Of a stretch of 60,000 nt of DNA, positions 24,005-39,000 are shown piece after piece. This stretch comes from Amphiscolops sp. MND2022. Lineage: Eukaryota. A program made the translations under genes and the position numbers. The notes under the pieces were generated by a model that saw nothing but the letters and a program-made list of their open reading frames with translations, was not told the origin of the DNA and did not search any database. Positions within the stretch are counted from its first letter, which is position 1; each line of letters starts with the position of its first letter. Where the stretch lies: assembly GCA_964187785.1 (NCBI GenBank), contig OZ076413.1, positions 43,092,001-43,152,000 of the forward strand, in the 5' to 3' direction.

Positions 24005-27000
24005 ATGTCTTCAGTGAAAGAAACTATTTGTGCGAGCGCATCATTCATAAAAGACCATCCCTGTTTTTTTGTGGGTAAAGTGTCAGTGATCGGACTCACT
24101 TTAGTAAACATGGGTTCTGACTGCTGTTGCTGGCGTGGCAAGGTCTTCAACGAAAAAGTACAGGTAAGTGTATTTATTCTTGCTTAGTGTCATGAACAGA
24201 GTAATGTTTCGTAAACTTTAGTTTAAAAATGAGTCAACCCAAGCCCTAGAGTCCTTTCGCAGAGTGTATTATAGTAGGGCTCTTTTATTTTTTGCTGAAC
24301 TCACAAAATTGTTCGGATGAACATTTGAAACGTTTTTCAAACCAACTTTATCAACTGTGAAATCTTTTTGCATTACAGGAGGAAGTTCGCTTCAGCTGAA
24401 ATGGTCTTTCAATTTGAACATTTTTTATTCACATACTTTGAGTGTGAGCATGCTCTTGAGTGTTTTAATATGGCGCAAAGACTGGTGAGTTCTCAACCGA
24501 GAATCACTCATCAAGAGTGGTGTGAATGGAAAATATGTATGGGTCAGTGGTTTGACTGCTTAGCGCAACTCAGCTATATTTACCGTTAATTATGAGAAAC
24601 TATCGCTAGCTGGAGCTGAATTTCGATTTAAACAGCTATTTTTTTTATTTCACTTTCTCACATGATAATTTTTTACATGGTCTGCGAGAAGAGAAAGCGG
24701 TTACGGTCAAAAATAGATGAATTTTCTCAGCTTTTGATTTCTAGATTTCATGAAAAAGTGTACTACATACTGTATTCAGCAACTAGCAGTTTTTTATGTT
24801 TTGTCCATAGGTTTTTGTTCAATCCGGTCAAAGTAAGTTACAAAAGAACCAATTGCGGAACTCCTAAGACATTTTATGATATAGCAGTGGCGTTTTTGGG
24901 ACCAGTGAACTGATACGTTTCTATGAGTACTTTTCTATAAACACTTACTGTCACAGCCTAGAGCTTGTGCTGGACCCGTGGAGCAGCGATAGAGGCAAAT
25001 GACTCGACCATCTATTATTTTAAACTGGAGAAAACTCATCACTTCTTGAGACTTGTTTTGCATGAATTCATATATGACTTTTATACACCAGCATCATTTA
25101 AATTTGTTTGTCATTATAGTTAACTGTGCTCGTAAATTAATACCCATTCATAAACAATTCACTAAATGTTACAAGGTATTAACATATTTGATGTATAATA
25201 CCGCTCAACATGATTTGTAGTGAAATGAATAAATTATACGTGATTTGTATGATGCATTAGTACGTATGGACTTTGACATTTGAATTAATCCGCCGTACTA
25301 AGTTTGCAGCATATTGCAGTACAATATTGCATTTTTCAACTTTTCGATTACAACTTTTAGAGGTATGACTCATTACGTTGACTTAATCATACGTGCTACA
25401 TTATGTTGAAATCAATATTTGCATTACATATGAGTCATACTACGTGTTGTCACATTCTTCTCATTAACGATAAATGGATTGATGCAGTTAGAATGTTGAC
25501 CAATCAAAACACAGGAAATTATTCGTCATGCAAGATACTATTAATAGATAATTGTGTCATGTAAGAACCTGTTTATATAATTTTGGAAAATAACGGAGTG
25601 CTATTTTTAGCCATTACATAAAAATGATGTAATGATGATTCCCTAAACATTGGCTGTCAAGCTGCTAAATATAGTTTAAATTAAAAAGGAGAGTAAGGAA
25701 CCCAATAATATTCATTCGGCAGAAAACTTCCAGACTGATCAGACCTCTCTTTTTATCTTCACAATCTTTGTTTTCAACTTCAATAATTCAACGTTGTGCA
25801 CATTTTCTTCAACCTCATTTCAACCCGATTTCACTTTGTTTCTCAAACTCAATTAAAATTCTTCTCTCCAACATTGCATTTTAATCTGGCCAAAATGGGA
25901 AACAAGAGAAATAGGAGATCTAGACGAGGACGATCACCCTCACTTGAGAGAGAGTTGAGTGCATCAGAAATAGAGACATCACAAGGTAATGAAACTGTTA
26001 TTGAGACTTTAATGAACTTTTAAAATGTTAGTTCAGTTAGGGACGAAGAAATAGACCTAGTTAGCGGAACACAAAATGAAAATGAAATGCAAATTTGGAC
26101 TCAAAGAATAACAGATAAAACGAACAAGGAAGTAACAAACTTAAGAAAAGAAATGGACGAAAAATTAGAGAAAATACTGAAAGAGATGAAAAATAACAGA
26201 AGAGCACAATCCGTACCAGACAGAAGATATCGAGAACAAAACACTCCCAAAGCAGGAACTTCGATGTACATAAGTAATGAAGACGGTGAAGAAAACGCAT
26301 CTGAACCAGAAAATCAAGAATGTGAGACACAGGATAATCCTTTCAGGCCATCTAATTTAAACGAACTAAGAACGCCGATGCAACCTTTGAGCATACAAAA
26401 CATTGATCTAAATGACTCTGTGGTCATAAATGAGGACCGCACACAAGAGGATTATCACATGGTGACAGGAGCTACCAAACCACTTCATCGTCAAAGCTCA
26501 AACAATACAACGACAACACACAATGAACATCTGATTGCTGAACCACTCAATATTCAGCAAGACCCCGTTAATCAAATAGCAATGGCTATCGAGAAATTAG
26601 CGAGTCGTAACTCACAACCATCACTCTTTCATCCAAAAAATACACTCACTTTCAATGGGAAATTGGAAAAGAATGAGAAATTCGAATATTTCGAAGATCT
26701 TTTCTACACAACACTCAGAATGCAACCTGCATTAACTGAGGAAATTAAAATAAACCTCTTTCACGCACATTTGCGTGGACTAGCATTGAAAACTTTCAAA
26801 AACATCCAACGAACACCAACAACTACGCTCGAAGACATACTGGTAGTGTTCCGGAGAAAATATGTCAAGCCCGAATCTAGCGCGTCAGCAAAACATAGAT
26901 TTCATCGCTTGGTTTTTGACCCGGAACGCCAGAAACTACCAGACTTCTTAGAAGAATTACAGGAAAGCGCCGAAAAAGCTTTCGGTGACATTGCATCACA

Positions 27001-30000
27001 AATGATAGAAAGTCTATTATACGCAAAAATGCCACCACACCTGAAACGTTCTATTAACCAAGCCTATCTTGAGAATGGAACATACGAGCAAATAGTCCGA
27101 CATCTCGAACGAGAGATGGAATTAAACGGACTCGAATCAGAAGACACTGGCGTTAAAACGCGAATGGCAGTAGTAAACAAAACAGCAGAAGACAAACCGA
27201 CGCAGCAGAAAACTGCAACAACAAAAAAGAAACAACAAACACCAAAAACAGTGCCCAACAATACATTACAAGATGACCAATGTCGTTATTGTAAAAACAC
27301 GGGGCACAAGCCAGCAGACTGCGCTAAACTAGCAAAACGCCGTAAGCTACAAGAAGACCCTGATGCCATACGCTGTACGCATTGTAACGCACCAGGACAT
27401 GAAGAACCAACATACTACTTCGGTGCAAATATGGAAAATCGTCCCCCGGAGTGGACACTAACCAAAGCACAGAAAAAACTCATTGAAAATTACAAAAACT
27501 CCAACAAACATATTAACCCGAAAGAGCCCCGACAACAACCTTCATCATCGAAGGATTTAAACTAATAAAGCCACGCCCTACAAAACCAGAGGAGAAAGAT
27601 GACTGGCAGCATCCAACTCTTCACTTAATAAAAACAAACACTTTCACACAACACACTGACTCTCAGACTCCGCGAACTCAACAAAACGAATCAGAGGACG
27701 ATTTGTATGAAATATACAGAGACGCCCCTGACAGATACATAGCCACAAATCTTGACATAAGTAACGAAAAAACACCAGAAAACCTGTTTGAATCTACACC
27801 CGAAACCTCACCACAAAATTTACCAGAACCGCCACAAACACAAGACTCATCTGTAAAACCAACCGAGCCTGCATCAATACAAAAATTACCCCTCATAGAT
27901 GATGAAATTCAAAATCATTTTACGATTAACAAAGACACAGATATACCAATGCTTCTTTTATCAACCAACCTGACGCTAAAAAGCAAACGACATATGTACT
28001 ATGTTCCGATGGATTTTGAAAAACTTACACTCGACGGTCTAATTGATACCGGAGCTCTCACGAGCGCAATATCGGAACAAGACCTAAATAAAATCAAACT
28101 TCTCGCACCAGAAGCAATAACAGACACAGGTCCTGCACCCAATTTTCAAATAATGGTAGCAAACGGACAATTGGAAACACCAATCGGAACAGTCTGCCTA
28201 GCATTCGAAGTGGCAGATTTCATGTTCAAAGAAAATTTCATCGTCATGAAAATTTTACCGAATCCTCTAATCGGACTTTGTTTCTTAAAAAAGAACAATG
28301 CCATTTTCGACATCCGACAAGGAATATTGACTTTTCCACATTTAGCAATGCAATTGAAACCAGAACACAGTCTTCCAACACGACAATCAACACCACTACT
28401 TGCAGAAGCAACATACACACTGCAACCAGGTGAAACAATGCTCATCGCAAGCAGAATGCCGCATTTAATTGATCATGACGCAACAGGCATAGTAACGCCA
28501 TCTACGCACCTTGAGGATCATGACACACTTTTCCTAGTATCTTCCCTCTGCACAGTCAACAATGACGCAGTCGGATACCAGATCTGTAACTTCTCAGAAC
28601 TACCATATACGATCACAACAGACACACATCTAGCCGACTTTCGAGTCTCAACCCCAGAACAATTGAAACACATCAAACCAATCAACCCTTCAATGCCAAC
28701 ATTCATCATGCACCAACATACTGAAGTTACGGACGTATACCTCAATGAACTTCTAAAAGTAAACGACAAAGAAGACAAAACGGAACAATACTGGTTTCCA
28801 ACACCGGAACAACCTGGAGACCCCACAACATACACACCTATTCAGAAACGAATAATCGATGAACTAGTGGAACTTCAAACACTAGAAAAACTTAATCCAC
28901 AAGACGACAAAAAATCACGCAAAACATTTCTTGACAATTTCGACTGGAGTGACACAACACTCACACTGTTCGAACGACAAAAGGTGGAAGAACTGCTGGT
29001 TGAATTTCATGATATTTTTGCCAGACACCGGTTTGACATCGGGACAAATAGAGAATTCAAAGTCAAACTCACACCAAATGATGATCGACCAGCATATAGT
29101 CAAAGTCTTCCAACTCCGATCAACCTAAAAGACGACATCACGGTAGAACTTGCCCTACTTAACAAATATGGTATAATAACAACTCTACCGTTCTCTAAAT
29201 ACGCAAGTCCAATTTTTGCGCAACGAAAACCAAATGGTCGTTTGCGACTCTTAGTCGATTTGCGCAAGATAAATATTCTCATCTCTGAAGACTACGTAAA
29301 TAACAATCACCCAGTCAGTACACTTTCCGATGCAGCCCAACATATGGCCGGAAAGAAATTATTCTGTAAACTTGACTGTTCACAAGCGTACCACTGCCTT
29401 CAGATGGCAGATTACCAATCAATTCAGATGTTGGCCTTTAACTTCGCTAGCCGAACCTTTGCGTATCGACGATTAGCACAGGGCCTTAACCGATCACTTT
29501 CAGCATTCTCCAGTTTCATACGGGAATACTTAGACACCCTCATCAAAGCAGACCAATGCGCCCAATACGTCGACGACATCGGAATCGCAGCAAACACAGT
29601 GTTACAACTGTGTATAAACATCCGAGCAGTCTTCGAATGTATACGGAACGCAGGTCTGAAATTGTCAATGTCAAAGTGCCATTTTGGAGTCAAACAGGTC
29701 GATTTCCTGGGAAGAACGATCACACCCGAAGGAGTTTCTCTTCAAGTAGACAAAGTCAAAGATTTCCTAGCGAAACTTAAATTCCCCAAATCCAAAAAAG
29801 GCCTTCAAAGGTATATTGGTTTTCTGAATTATTACAGAAATTATATACCACGCCTTTCGGAACGACTCACCCCTTTCTTCAAACTACTGAAGGAAACCAA
29901 CAAATTCTACATTTCTACCGAACTTACAAGCAATTTTGAACAGCTAAACAACCTTCTCCTTGAATCTTGCCAGATGGCGCTCAAACAACCACTTAAAGAC

Positions 30001-33000
30001 AAACAACTAATCGTCATGTCCGATGCCAGTTTCACAGCTGCAGGATATGCGATTATGATCGAAGACGACCCTCAACAAAAACTACAATCAAAACGCAAAA
30101 CATACGGACCAATAGCATTTGGCTCAATAACTTTCAACCCAACCCAATTAAAATTGTCAATATATGCGAAGGAGTTTTTAGCCATCTTCTTTGCATTCTC
30201 AGAATTTGGGCACCTAATGTGGGGAAGTCCTTTTCCCGTAATTGTTTTCACCGACAACCGAGCAGTCACTAGATTCTTCCAAACAAAAATCATTCCACCA
30301 GCTTTATGGAATGCATGCGACTACGTCCTGCAGTATAACTTTGTCATAGCACACGTAGCAGGAGCAATGAACACGGCCGCAGACTTCTTGTCGCGAACGG
30401 ATATCAACCCGACAGAAAAACTAGAAATGAATTTACGTAACGACATACAAACAAAAGCCATTGAAGTTAACATCCAATCTTCTGGCATAGCCGAAGAAGA
30501 ACAAATTTACGTTCACCCAGACGGTGAAAATGATGAAAAAACACTCTGTAACAAAAAGACAATATTAGAAATCAAGCACAAACAGAAACACACAATGAAC
30601 CGGAAAACGAAGTAACTGAATTACAAAATTTCCATAAACCAACTGCCCGAACAATAGATTATCGGGAAGGACATTTCCGAGACAACGCAAAAATCCGACT
30701 CGAACAAAATAATGACCCAGTCCTTCGCAATCTCAGAGCAAAAATACAAGGTGAGCCTTTTGATGAAATAGCGTTTACACAAGACAATCGTTACCAACAC
30801 TACCTACCAAAAAATACCCCGCATCGAAATCCGCAAAGACATCCTTGTACGAAAATACTACAATGATATTGGACAAATCTCACACTACCAAATACTCTTA
30901 CCAAAACAGCTTCTCGAAGAGTTCCTACAAGCATTGCATGGACACAATGCAAATCACCTAGGAATAACAAAGATGATACAGGAAGCACGACAGAAATACT
31001 ATTACCCATGCTTAGCAAAACACATCAAAAATTGGGTACAAAAGTGCCAAATGTGCATTCAAAACAAAAGAATCAATAACGATTTACTGAAAACAGAACT
31101 CTTAAATTGTCCAGAATGGGACCTCGACACAGAAGATATTCTTCAGATGGATATCTTACCTAATCTTCCACCAAGTGGAGGGTTTGATAACATCATAACA
31201 GCAATTGATGTCTTCTCAAGATATTTATTTGCTTACCCAACAACCCGAATCACAGCCCCTACAGTCGCAAGAGTCGTTATGGACATTTTGTGCAAACACG
31301 CATTATTACCAACGACCATAATAACTGACATGGGCACTCAATTCAACTCACAAATCACCCGAGAAGTAGCAGCAGTGCTTGGAGTTGAACTAAAACATGC
31401 TTCGACAAAACATGCACAAACAATTGGCATGCTAGAACGCACTCATGCTACAGTAAAAACACATTTGAAAGCAGCTACAGGTGAATTCCGCAATAATTGG
31501 CACAAATTCCTACCACTGGCTGTCTTAAACCACAATACAACGTATCATGCCAGCTTAGGGTGTGAACCCACCCGTGTTTTCCACGGCAGGATACCACATA
31601 ACATCCTAGACTACAAGCTAGGCTATAATCCTAACCCACGGTATACTCCACAGACTGACATTGCAGAAGAAATACAACGCAGAATGGACATACTCAATGA
31701 CCAAACCAAAAAGAATATCATGCAGTCATACTTAAAATATAAAGCATACTATGACCGCAAGGCAAAAGCAGCACCGTTTACAACAACAGACTACTGCTAT
31801 ATACTGAGCCCAAAGGCAGACACACAAGCAACAAAAATTCCGTTTCGCGAATTCCGTTGGATAGGTCCTTACAAAGTTGAAAAAGTCCTACCTAACAACT
31901 ACATCGTACGAAGGCTAGGCACAAACAAAACACAACTGTTGCACCGAATCCGTCTGAGGAAATTTACACCTAGCGCTCCACTAGCCGATAATTTCGTCAG
32001 AGAAACAGATTGGCAAAAAGATGACAACATAATAGTTACACACGATGATCTGTATGCCCATACATGGGATACAAACTTTGGTACAGATCCATTTGAAACA
32101 GAACTCCCAGATAATGAACAAGATGACATACAAAAATATATACCGATAAACCACCCACCCTCCCTCGAAATTTCAAAAAACAGTGGGGGAGCCCCGGTAG
32201 AACAAACTACCGTTCCTAATATAGAAACTCTACCCGAAAATGCAGAAAATGAAATCGATATAAATGATAATCAACAAGACTTACAACCTAACCCTACTAT
32301 TGATGCAGAAAAATCCCCAGAAAATACAGATGGAAATCAAGAAAATGATGAGGTTCAAAAAGAAAAAACCCCTACCAATACACGTGGTGAAAAATACAAT
32401 CTACGACCCAACCCAAATCCTAACTTTTCAGACTCCTACCGATATTAAAAACAAAAAGTAATACAAACTCAACTCCCTAGCTTCCTGTTAAATAATCAAC
32501 AAAAATCAAGAAAAGAAGCAAAGAAAATTGCGGAAAGTTGTAGCTTAAATTGAGTACGTGGCGTAAACAAAGTTTATCCAAATCTGACTATTCGCTAATG
32601 CATAGCTGGTTTTCCTTTCTTCTGCTTCTTCTTATCACCAGCGGAAGAGACAGCAGAAGTTGAAGCAGTTAGGAAGGGAAGCTCAATCAAACTACGAACA
32701 ACTGGGGCAACACTGGAATCTGCAGTAACTGGCTGTTTAGTCTTATCTGGAGACGAATTCTCAGGAGAGGACTTCTCTGGAGAAGATTTCGCTGAAAAAG
32801 ACTTCACAGGGCAACTAGCATTACTACTACTACGGCTAGAGCAAAGGCTGGGTTCTTTCTCTGCGGTAATCCAAGTACGACTGTCAACAGCAACATTCTT
32901 GGCGTAACAGGATTCCAAAGTAGACAGCAAGCCAATCTTCAAAAAATGAGTAGAACTCAGGAGTCTCCATACTGAGAACTTGCGTTTGAGAAGTAGCCCA

Positions 33001-36000
33001 GGCCCCTGGTTGAGGAGATCGTATGCACGAGGAAGTGCAGCAGTTGATAAGAAAAGACTCTCTACTTTTTGAATGGAACTGAGGGAACACTGAAGGCTCC
33101 TCACGCAAGAAGAGAATTCCACTTTACTAGATTTTAAGCCAGGCAAAGGTACAACAAAGTTTGGAGGTGGACAACAAGGGCTTCTGAGCGATTCACAACA
33201 AACTTTAAAGAGGCGGAATAACTCCAATCTGCATTGAAGCTCATAGTAGCAGGAAATGAAACTGACCCATTCCTTTGAGCTAGAAACTTTGTCTGCACGA
33301 AATTTGGTGACGAGAGAACAGTACTCGCTCACTATAACAGGCTTTACATTGGGGGAGATCCATCGCTGTTGAACGAAGTATCCAGCAAGGGTTTGGATAG
33401 AGTCTTCACACTGCGCCTCCTCACCATCGCGTATCACAGCTTCATCGAACGACGACAACCCACGAGCAAATGAAGACGTAGCCATTTCACAAGAAAGCAA
33501 CTGTTTGACAAAATAACGGTAGAACGATATGGCTTGCTCAGTGAACTTCCAAGGGGTTGGGATCTTGCTTCTATATAACAGATCGGAGAGGTCTTTATCC
33601 TGCAGGAATTCATCAACTGTCTTGATAGGCAAAGTGACTTCACTCATGTTTAATTGCATGTAATTGTCCCAATTGCTGATGCTCCCAAGGAAGGATGTAG
33701 GGAAGATGGTTTGCATCTGTGTGTATACAAAAACACAGAACTGGTTGTAGATACGAAATCCTCCAGCTACACTCGCATCCACTTCCTTGAAGGTTGAATT
33801 GTCTAGAACAAAAGGAAACTCATGAAGCGTGAGATGAAACTAATACGGAACCACCAAAACAGAAGAAATTTTGTGCAATACATTGAAATCTACTTTGGAA
33901 GATGACACCTGGAACAAAACGATCAAAGATGAATACTAACATTGACTCAAGATGTTGCGGATGATAAACAGCCGTACAATCAGTACACGATCCTTGGTGA
34001 TGATGTCATTCATCCCAGAAGGCTGAAAAGAAACCAAAAATTATATAAAAACCATGTGAAGAATACCCAATAAGGAAGCAAATAAAAAGAGAAACCTCTT
34101 GGAAATGAGAACGATATGCAGCCACTCTCCTGCTGTCCCGCACATGGGAAGTGACGTGCTCCCAGTTCTGAATCAGTTGATCGAGAATCTCAACAGCTTG
34201 TATTAGGTCATAGTCAAGATTGAACGCCAACTGTAACAACACAAAATTTTGACTTCTATTACGTAAAAACATGAAGTGAAAAAGAGCACGTGCCAAAATC
34301 AAAGAAACAGTCGAACACAGATATTCATGTGCAGAAATTTGAAACAAATATCGTATGGTGACTCATTCGTTACAACCTACTCAATTACGTAATCATGAAC
34401 AAAACTTTTGAAAAAACTAATTGAGAAGACTAATTGTGCCGCATTATGCTGCAGGCTTGGATATGCAACAAAGAAATATCTGCAAAGTGTCATATGCGAA
34501 AAGAAACTTATTTTCTTCTTCAAGGGAAGAAATCTACACAAGAAAGAGAACTGTGAACCAAGGGCATAATAGCCGTGTTTACACGAAAACAAAATTATGT
34601 CACCAAGCAAATATTCCTACAAAATGTTTGGAAAATGAAATATAAAAAATAAACCTTTTCAAAATTTGGAAGGGACGATAGCCAGGAGCTTCCACAAGCG
34701 GATCTCAGTCGGAGAAGCAGGAAATCCAGAACACTCCTGAAGTCAAGCCTGTCAAGAATTTGGACTGTGGGAACGAGCAGAAGATCCTCCAAGTCCTCAG
34801 GACCAAATTTCGGCGTACTACAGATCCTTTTGTGCTGAGGTAGGACCCGGGAAATAGTCCAAGCAAGACGTCGAGAAAATCCAGATAAGAAAAGCAGGTG
34901 TACCTCTGTCTAGTAGAGCGAAGAAACTGCTAATGATTGGAATCAAGGCAGACTGGTTGGTAAGTCGGCCGGGGAGAACGGCTAAACACATGCTGTGTAA
35001 TGAATTTCCAGACCAGAAATTCACAAAGAGCCTCGTTTCATGTGCCGTGAATGCCAACCGGAGGGAGTAGCTGCCGGAGGATTCAATAGAAGTAATGCAG
35101 TATGAGAGGAGCTCACGAAACATGTGAGCTAGGAGCGCCTATAAAGGAACAACCTTTCCCAAATACCTAGATTTTTTGCAGACAAAACCCACTACCAAAA
35201 CAACTTACCAAGATCCTGTGTGGCCTCCAATCGTGTGTGGAAACAGATTCTGAAGTCCTTGTCTCCGTGATCAGGTCATGCCAGAGTGCGATCAGAGAGT
35301 CCAGATGCCCACCATGTCGTAATCCGAACTTGATTAGGGTCAATTGTGACAAAGTCTCCTTGTCCGGGTTATCTGGTTCCGTTTTGTCTGGCAGTTTTTG
35401 CTGATCAACTCGGAGGTAATAATCGCCAAGTTTAGGGGCGATCGAGTATTCTCGTTTGGCTCTCTCCTTTGCGTACTTTAGGGCCATTCCACTCAGTTCT
35501 ATGCACTGTTTATCGAATAGTGCAAGTCCAGGAGTCTCCATACGGATTCTGTGTTCCCGTACTAGATAAGCATCGGTCCGATAGTGCCGTAACATTTCTA
35601 AAGGACCTTTGGTCTTGACAGAAAGTTCTACCATACAGACGCGACAGCGGTACTTATTTGGATGGCGGGCAGCATCAGAAGGTGCTGTGGCAAAGAACCA
35701 TTCGGCGAGCATATGTTGAGGCTTAGCCCGTTTTTTGGCTGGACCAGTTTTCTTATCTGCCTTACGTTTCCTGAGAGGCTTCTCGGGAGTAGCGACAAAC
35801 TCTTCAGTGGAAGACACCTCCAGATCAGAATCGGTGCTACTGTCTGAACTTGAATCGGATGGCTGATAAGTGTCCCCAACTACATCTGGTGGATTTGTTG
35901 CGGTAATAACCTCAGTCTCGGGGCGTCCTCCTAGCCCGCCGCGCTCATCGGTTTCAGCAGATTCCGAAACCATTAAATTGGAGCTGAGTTGAATCTGTTT

Positions 36001-39000
36001 ATTAGCAGCTTCCTTTGCCGCTTCGGCTAAGAGTCTTTCTAAACGGGTTGCACCAGTGTCTTGGGGGTCAGAATTTTCGGGGCTCTTCGACTCCGAGGTA
36101 ACAGCACACGTGTCGCTTTTCCCTTGTTCCTTAGGGGGATCAGTCTTTTTGATTAGATACCGAGTAAAAGGAGATCCTTTGGCTGAAACTGGAGTGTTCC
36201 CAGTCTGGGTTGCCGGAGAGTCCTTGCCTTTACAAAGCACAAATTTTGAAGAAGCGGCGTCGGAAGGTGTTGATGGACCTACTGGATTTTCACGTATAGG
36301 ATCTTCGGTAATTTCTGTTACTTCAGGAGCGTCGCCTTTGTCAGCTGTTCCAGTCTGAATACCCTCAGCTGTATCTGTCTGCTTAGCATTTGGAGAAACA
36401 CAGTCTGACGAATCAACGGCATTCACAAGTTCGTCGAAATTATCTTCCAATAGGACTTGAGGAACAAAAGCTGGAGGGAAGTCTTCCTCATCAAGGGAAA
36501 ATCGGGGATTATAGCCGCATTCGAGCAGAGTCCTTTGGATCCTAGCAGATTTTCGCGGCTCAGAACATTCGGCACTGCGTTTTGTTTGTGTAGCTGAGCT
36601 AGAACCTGGAATAAAAATCGGAATGGAATTATGCTAGAAACCAAAACCGGAAGTTAGCGTTTCCGTTCGAAATTTTGAAGACAGGAAGTTGATAAATCGG
36701 AAAGATATGTCAACGAAATACGAGTCTGGCCAATTTGTATTCAAAATCTGAGACGTCTAAAAAAAGCAAGAAAGCAATAATAATACACAAAGAAAATGAA
36801 CTCAAGCTTACCTGACAAAATAGCTGTAGAGTTCGACGGTTGATCCTGAGAAGTTGATGCTGTCCTTTTCTCCTTTGAAGCTTTGCGACGCCGATTAGAA
36901 GTGCTCCTTGAGCGAACCATGATGGAAGAATTGACAATGGAAAAGGCGTAACTAATTACCAATTGAAACTAATAATGAATTGAATAAAAATCAAAAACTA
37001 TGAGTTATAGGCAAAAGCACGAAAGCGGGAAGCAAGGAAATGTTGATTGAGAACACTGTGAGACTGTAGAATTTGACTTTGGACTACGATACTTTACAAA
37101 CAAACAAAATTATATATGGCGTGGCTTCCGGCTGATTAGAACACAATTAGCATATTTGCGCAAATGCTCAATGCTGATTGGCTGAAATAGTTTGAAACCA
37201 ATCATGCGTGCCAGCGAGATTGGTATTTAGAACAGTACAGCTTAGTGTGTTTACATACACATGATGCGCCGCCCCCTAGTGACGAAACGAGGAAATGAAC
37301 GCAACTGCTTACATCCTACAGTACAACACAAGATGGTGTTTGACCTAAAACAAATAACATCACATAACCCTATGCATCATTTGGATACCATGAGATAATG
37401 ACATATTCCAAAACCAGCACAATTATGCTGAAATAGTCGTCATGAAGCAGTGTCTAAATGATTTAGGGGAGTGAAATAAATGCTTTTATTTCTGAAACTT
37501 GTCATGTATTTTGATTAAAAGTCATGTAATTTGGTTTTATTTTTTACTTTTGTTGGTGATATGATTTAAAATGCATGCTATACTTCCATAAAAGGAAAAT
37601 TTGTAAATTCCAAAAAAAATCGAGTTCTCAAAATTCATCTTGTAAAGTCTCATTCATATTTGTTTACAGTCAATTATTATGCCTCTGTCATCTCAAATGG
37701 AAAACTGACACCCTTATCCGCCATAAATGGAAGTTGTAAAGAAAACTTCATTTTGTTGTGGAGCTATTAAAATAAGATTGAGATATCATCTAACGCTTAC
37801 CCTAAAATTGCCGGGAAAAAGGTTAACAAGAAAAGAAGATGACTCCACAAACTACCTACCTTATTTTGAAAACCCGGGAGAATAGTGAAAGTGTGAAGAA
37901 AAACGGAAAGGATTCATTCATTCAAAACTTTCTGAGAAAAACAGTTGAAACCTTAAAATCCAAACGAAAAGCAAAATGTCTAGAAGCTCAAATCTCTTCA
38001 CCATTGACGAGGATATGCAATCCATCTCCACAAATTCCCCTGGATTAAATAATATATCCAGTGACTCTGGGGAAGAATTTGTAACCGAGCAGTCCTACGT
38101 CGACCCAATTGACTTGAGATTCAGAGCCGGGGGGCCACTGCAAGACCCGATGTTGGCTTTTGTCAACGAAGATGCGGCTAGACTGTTCGCAGTTAGTGAG
38201 ACAGTGTCGAGAGATGATTCTTTCATTGACGTTATCGGAACTGACATTGAAAGAGAAATATTGAGCACAATAACCGAAAACACTGAACTACCTGACTTTT
38301 CGCTTTCATCATTCGTCGAGTCAGACGAGAGCAATGAAGATAATTTACTGTTAAACGCGGACTTCGCGAACGCACCAAGAAATAGTTATGGTAGTCCAAT
38401 AGTCGCTGTTCCCCCGATGCGCGCTGGAGAAGTAATAACACAGATGCCTCCACTGTCACAAAATAATGTCAACAACCACCTGAGTGATCTCCATAGAAAT
38501 GGTCCGTTAAGACCAGTGCCAATAACTCCAATGGTGATACCCCAAAAAATTCCAATCGCAAATCAACCGCATCAAAATAACCGTACTAGAGGGATCCTGC
38601 AAACGCCCTTAAGGGACCAAAACTTTAACTCAAAAACTCAACAGCACATGTCTACCTTGATTGGCCGTGGAGCAATCCCTTTCCAACATGCCGGAACAAC
38701 TCACATACAACATCCTGGTAACCTAGATAACTCTGGATATTATTAAAACTCCGCTGGGCAACTATATTTAGACCCACAAGGTGTACATAACAACCCCGGG
38801 GTAGCTGAGACTTACCCTACCCAAGCATACAGCAGTATGCAGGAACAGCCAATCCACAGAAGGATGCAGCTTAACCCGCCTGTAATGCCTCACGTTCAGG
38901 GGAACTGTCACTGGTGTGGAAAAACCTATGATGAAGTAGCCCTTGACGCCTTAGCAGCTTACACGATTGCCACCGAATACCCAGGTGAAACAGTGCGAGA

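Larger units (their letters stand above)
25895..27565 (+). pseudogene. gag: Element C Gag, starting inside the 5' LTR, one nonsense codon
   Basis: MGNKRNRRSRR start; TAA at 26021-26023 is GAA in the 3' LTR copy; TLTFNGKLEKNEKFEYFEDLF; knuckles CRYCKNTGHKPADC and CTHCNAPGHEEPTY. Confidence 0.9.
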
